Below, piece after piece: positions 58,211 through 64,000 of a stretch of 64,000 nucleotides of DNA. Numbering within the stretch: position 1 is the first letter of the stretch; the number at the start of each line of letters is the position of its first letter. The notes under the pieces were generated by a model, which saw only the letters and a list, made by a program, of their open reading frames with translations, made no database searches and was not told the origin of the DNA. This stretch comes from Octopus vulgaris. Taxonomy: Eukaryota. Location of the stretch: contig OX597816.1 in assembly GCA_951406725.2 (NCBI GenBank), positions 148,056,001-148,120,000 on the forward strand. The letters are read 5' to 3'. The translations under genes and the position numbers were made by a program.

Positions 58211-58580
58211 TAGCTCTTATTTCTAGCAATGTAAATGTTTCTAATGCATTAGTCACATTTAGTGACAATGGTAATTCTCATTTTATTTTTTATTTTATTA
58301 TTATTATTGTTGTTGTTGATGTTGTTGTTGTTTCTATTTGAACAGGTTGAATTGCGTCTTTTCAAGGCAGCGCTCTCAGTGGCCAGTGGAAGTAGTAAAC
58401 ACATTTGACCTCTGATCACCCAAGGGTTGCGAAGATTCTTTTGTCTCTATGGCTAAAAATAGGTAACACAAACAGGACAGTGAAAACAAACAGGAAGGGC
58501 TGCTAAGAATAAACGAGGTTGTAGCGGCGACGATTCGCTAATGAAGTCATTTATGTGCGTAGAGTACCGCATTAGAGCAT
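58084..58580. repeat. 125-bp direct repeat (58084-58208 and 58456-58580)
   Basis: aaaataggtaacacaaacagg..taccgcattagagcat occurs twice with about 5 differences. Confidence 0.9.
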
Positions 58581-59144
58581 CTGCCGAATCTGCCATCTGC
58601 CGAATCTATTTATAGACCTGTAGAATATGATCTATTCACCAATCTGCTACCCAACTAATTCCTCCAACAACCTCATATTTATGATCTCAAGTAGAAGACA
58701 AAAGTTGAAAATAAAGGACATTTAGTAAAATCCTTTAATAATAAATGGAAATAGTAATAATGATAATAATAAATGTAGTGATATTGATAGCGATAATGAT
58801 AAAAATAGAAATAATAATAATATGCTGCAGCTGCTAATGCTAAATACTACTAATACTACAATAATACTACAACTACTACTATTAATATAGCACAGGAATC
58901 TGAGGCCCAACTACCACCCTAACCACTAACCACACCCCTGCTACTATTGCTGTTACTACAACCACTGCTGCTACACATAAAAACAATAATATCAGTGATA
59001 TCAGTGAAGATAATTATAATAATAATGAAAGGAAACGAGTGAAGCCTCCCCATGGGATGATTAATGATACATCTAGTGCTGGTATCACAATAAAAACACT
59101 GGTAACTGCTAAAATTACATATAAATATATTGAAATATTAAAGA

Positions 59145-59356
59145 ATAAATTCATTCTGTATAATTTATTAAACCACGGCCTCCAGACGACTTCGGAATCT
59201 CCTGCAACTCTTCTAGACGCTATCCTTGCTTAAGTTGGTGAATGCCGCCATAATCCTCGCCTTCAGTTCATCTTTGATGTTACAAGGAGTTTCGTTTGTC
59301 TCTCGCTACACTGAGTACCACACGTAATAATCAAGGGGGTTTAAGTGTGGGGAGTC

Positions 59357-59360
<4 letters not shown>
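59145..59360 (-). mobile_element. Tc1/mariner-superfamily transposase C-terminal fragment
   Basis: PDSPHLNPLDYYVW..KDELKARIMAAFTNL..CRRFRSRLEAVV (cf. SPDLNPLDY); truncated by (TA)n. Confidence 0.85.
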
Positions 59361-59409
<49 letters not shown>

Positions 59410-60092
59410 TACTGCAAATACTACATTGTATGACACTCAGGAAATGACGATACATCGCCAACAGATGAGAGAACCGTACAAATAATATTCCCCTGTGTTA
59501 ACATATAGAAAATTGTTAAGTGCAGGCGTTACCAAACAATAAAGAAATATATATCTGATTAACAAATGCAAACTGAACATTAATTCATTATGTTTTAATA
59601 AGCACACAGCACTGACTATATTCCTATATACGTAAAAATAAATGAGTGGATGCTTTGTGGATATAGAAAACTTTTTTTCTGTAACGGCAAAATTAAGTTT
59701 CGTTAGATTTCTATCTGATGACCCACAATTCTATTTTAAAATAATGTCGCCCGTTTCTTCAACCACGTTGTCTAACAATTGTTTTCAAGAAAACATTTTA
59801 ACTTGGAAAAACCGATAACCGCACAATAAGCCAACGAACAAAATAGGTCCTTTATTCATTTTCCTGTAAAACATGAAGCGTTTTTGATTTAGTAGAAATT
59901 TTCCTATGTGATGATTTTTCAGCACAATTCCTTTGCTTTTCCATGCTCAAAACTGACATCGAGAAAACATACAAGAAATTTTAGTGAAAACTTTTACGTG
60001 AAAACGTTTTTATTCATGTAAAAGACAAATGTGTATCCATATTTTAATGCATATACACATACACATACGCACTGCCATATATATATATATAA

Positions 60093-60161
<69 letters not shown>

Positions 60162-61023
60162 CATATATATATACGTATAATATATATATACTTATACATA
60201 TATAATCTGTGTACGCACAAATGCAAAACTTAATATATACGCCAAGATTTTTTGTAATGGCCCAAAAGCAGGTTATCAGTGAGTTCATCTAAACACATCT
60301 GGCGATTATAAGCTGCAGGTTCTGCCTCACTTCAAGATACAATCGTCTATGAGAAAGCCAACTCACATAGGCGTGGCTCATACTGAAATTCTGATATGTT
60401 CGTTGTGCTTGACTGAGAAGTACTTTAACCTGTTCCAGGATACATCCGCATTGAACCGAAAATCTGAGCTTTCGATTAATTGTAGACATCCTTCGAACTT
60501 CTTAATTTCTTGACTATTACAACTAAATGGTTAGGTTTATAGCCTATAAAACCTTTGCCAATAATTATCGCTGTATTTGATTCATTAGTTTAATATAATT
60601 CCGTATATGCTGGATAATTATGCTCTTTTCTTTTACTTTTCCGCAATCTTTTATTTCCAAACGTCGAATTCATTCAATATACTTTTTTTTTACTATATTG
60701 TGTATTCCATATAGCGCGTTTTTTTTCTTTATCTTCTGCATGGTTCCTGATATATGTTGACATATTTGACCATTATTATTTTTATTACGTCTCATATCTA
60801 TTCATTATTGATTATTTTTAGCTATATTTTTAGCTTATTTCATCAGTAACGTCCTATATTTTTAAATGTACGTTTATAATCGCACATAGCTAGATATGTA
60901 CCCATTTTCCTGCTTGAATGTATGTGCATGTGTACATATGGGTATGTATGCGTAATATTTCTATATTTATACAAATACATACATACATACATACATACAT
61001 ACATACATACATACATACATACA

Positions 61024-61059
<36 letters not shown>

Positions 61060-61404
61060 CAATGGTGTGCAAATGTCTTGGGCAATTCCATTTTTTCTTT
61101 GAAATTTGATAATAATTGGAACTTAATGCTGATATATTCATTTTTTAAAGATATGATACTAATTTTGTAATATATTATTTCAATCTTCATTAAAAATTCC
61201 CGGAATCCCCGACAAAAAATTTGGTTTATAGTATTTGACAATGTTGACCAAATTATGAACCAATTAATAAAATTGTTTCATTTCATTAAAATCACACGAA
61301 CTGCTTAAGAATTTTGCACACCAGTGTGTATATGTGTGTGTGCTTGTGTGTGTGTTTGTGCGTGTGTTTGTGTGTGTGTATTCGTGGGTTTATTTAAATG
61401 CATG

Positions 61405-61489
<85 letters not shown>

Positions 61490-62872
61490 TGATAAACTAG
61501 TGAATGCTCGTGTGTGTGTAAGTATATATGTTCAGGTATGTAAGGGTGGATGTGTATATATTGGTATATAGTCATACATTTTTATTTTGAAATTGAATCC
61601 CCTAGCGCAAATTATTTTCGACTATTTATTGCTCTTGTACGACGAATATATTAATTTATGCATTCTTCTCTCTATATATATAAATTTACTTATTTAATCA
61701 TTTACTGTTTTAAATACACAATCGGTCCAATATACATTTTATCTATGAAAATGCCATGGTATGTATTTTATACACTGTATTCAGCTCGCCTTTATTTCGG
61801 TGAGCTTTTCAATGTGTTTACGTGTTCGGTCTTGTTGTTCCTAATTTCACTTTCAATTATACTCTCTCTAATTGGCTAGCATCCCTTCCTCTAAGGCTAT
61901 ATAACTCGAAGCTATATACCTAACATAACATTAGTCACATGTGGATACATACACTCTCGGTATTTTCCCCTTTTTCTTCTCATTTTCTTTTTAGGTTTAT
62001 CTTCTACGTGGGTTCCTCATTCTATATTCTCCCATGCCGCAATTTTCATTACCCTTATCATAAGCTTATTTTTATTTCATGCATTTACTATTTTAAATCA
62101 TTCATTTAGTTTTTGTCTCGGGAGGGTCATTACACTAACAATAATAAACGCACTGTTTAATTTTTTGTAATATTCATCTGCCCTTGTTTTAATTTTAATC
62201 TATATTTTTTTATTTCCATTTAAAATCTGTTTTAAACACTTGCAGAAAATTATATCTTATAAGATCTTTCTTATTATTAATATCCGTTTCCACAAAAATA
62301 GACAATTTTCAAATTTTATTTGACTTCCCTTAATATCTATGTGTTTCCGTTTCGGTCAGTCGCATTCATCAAACAGACTTTTTGTAAAATAATTCCCTAG
62401 CAACATGAAATGTTTATCAAATGAGTTCATAATCATTAATACTTATAAATACTTTTCAACTATCGCATTGTTCTAAATACGACTGCCTGATAAATGGTTA
62501 TGTGAAAATCTAAGCTTCTATAAAATAATACATTCGTCATTCTTTGACACTGATGTACTATTTTAGCCAACTTTGCTTTGCACCTGTATTCACACACACA
62601 CACAAACTCACAAATCCATGTATACATATGTGTGTGTGAGTGTTTGTGCGAGAGAGAGAGAGAGAGTGTGTGTGTGTGTGTGTGTGTGTGTATAATCAAT
62701 TTCCCCTATGATATTGATTGAGCCTGTTAGTCTTTTCTACAACAGATAACACTAAATGTATATGTATATATATATATAACGCGAAATATACGTACATATA
62801 TATATATAAATATGTATGTATATATAAATATGTATGTATGTATATATATATGTACGTATATTTCGCGTTATA

Positions 62873-63836
62873 AGTGAGAAGAAGAAGCGGATGATGTGCA
62901 TTGAATTAAAGAAGGAAATTATCGGAAAATATGATCAAGGTGTAAGTGTAGTCGACATGGTGAGTAGTACGAGCGTAGCACTTCTACGATCTGCATCATA
63001 CTGAAACAGGAGTCGATAAACGCTATAACGCCAGTCAAGGGCTTTAAAATAATTTTTAAAAAAGCGGACGTCTATCCATTAAAATATGGAGAAGCTGCTG
63101 ATGGTGTGGTTGACGGAGAAGCCGCTCGCAGAAGATACCATGACGGAGGCTATAATATGTGAGAATGCACGAGGTATTTACGTTGATCTGCTGCAGCGAA
63201 CCCCAGGCACTTGTACAGACGAAGCATCGGGCGAGACGTTTAAAGCTAGTCGAGACTGGTTCGAGAAATTTAAAAAGAGGACCGGCATTCACGCACTTGT
63301 CAGGTATGGTAAGGCAGCGAGGGAGGATATGAAGATAGCTGAGGATTACGTCAAAAATTTGCCGAAATTATAGCAGCCAAAGTGAGGATGAAACACGTCA
63401 TTGGACAGGATTTTGTCGAAAACTCCTGCAGATTAAAGCGAGGAAAGCGTAGCAAAAAATGGCAAAAATCAGCGAATAAGATTCAGCTATTCAGTTCAGC
63501 ATTCCACCTCCACCTCTGTCAGCATCGTCAAGCCATCTGTTCTCCAAAGTCAATGCTGTATATGATACTTAATACAATCAGTTTATTGCAGTACATTCTA
63601 TTGAACATTCTATTGTTTTTGTTTGTTCTTTTTTACAATATTCGTTATTTATAAGTACCATTTTCTTATTTAAAAACACGTAACAAAAAAATTGCGGTGT
63701 TTTTTCGGGAACCCAGAAGGGATAAATGACATTTCAAATTATTTCAATGGGGAAATTTGATTTGACATAACAGTAATTTTGAGTTTCGATGTCCGTCACG
63801 GGACGAATTAAACTCGTATGTCAAGGTACCACAGTA
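62873..63836 (+). mobile_element. Tigger/pogo DNA transposon, 5'-truncated and internally deleted
   Basis: CENP-B-type HTH residues KKKRMMCIELKKEII and MEKLLMVWL..FKASRDWFEKFKKRTGIH; Tigger-like right end caaggtaccacagTA at ~63822-63836. Confidence 0.88.
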
Positions 63837-64000
63837 TATATATATATTTATACACACACACACACATATAAATTCGTCAGCCGTTACAGTTACGAGAAGC
63901 AAAGTCACATTAATATGCAGTACCGTGCAAAAAGTCTTCGACCACTTTAAACTATTGTAAATTTCTACTAATGGATAACTTGTAAGTGGATGTTTCGCAT

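Overview
AT-rich, microsatellite-saturated animal non-coding DNA (intergenic or a large intron). The repeat style suggests an octopus or other coleoid cephalopod (inference). No intact protein-coding gene is visible, and almost all listed ORFs are microsatellite artefacts. The window is a graveyard of transposons: tRNA-derived SINEs, RTE and CR1-like LINE fragments, mariner/Tc1, Tigger/pogo, Chapaev-like and Helitron-like relics. The standout signal is about a dozen minimal type I hammerhead ribozyme motifs (intact, variant, decayed or half) with palindromic stem III, as seen in Penelope-like elements (PLEs) and retrozymes. They sit in short non-coding elements from several families that lie in (TA)n tracts, often as partial tandems or fold-back inversions. 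Two diverged subfamilies share a ~366-370 nt monomer whose helices covary, pointing to a conserved, highly structured, self-cleaving and possibly circular mobile RNA. All structures were folded by eye; none has been computed or tested.
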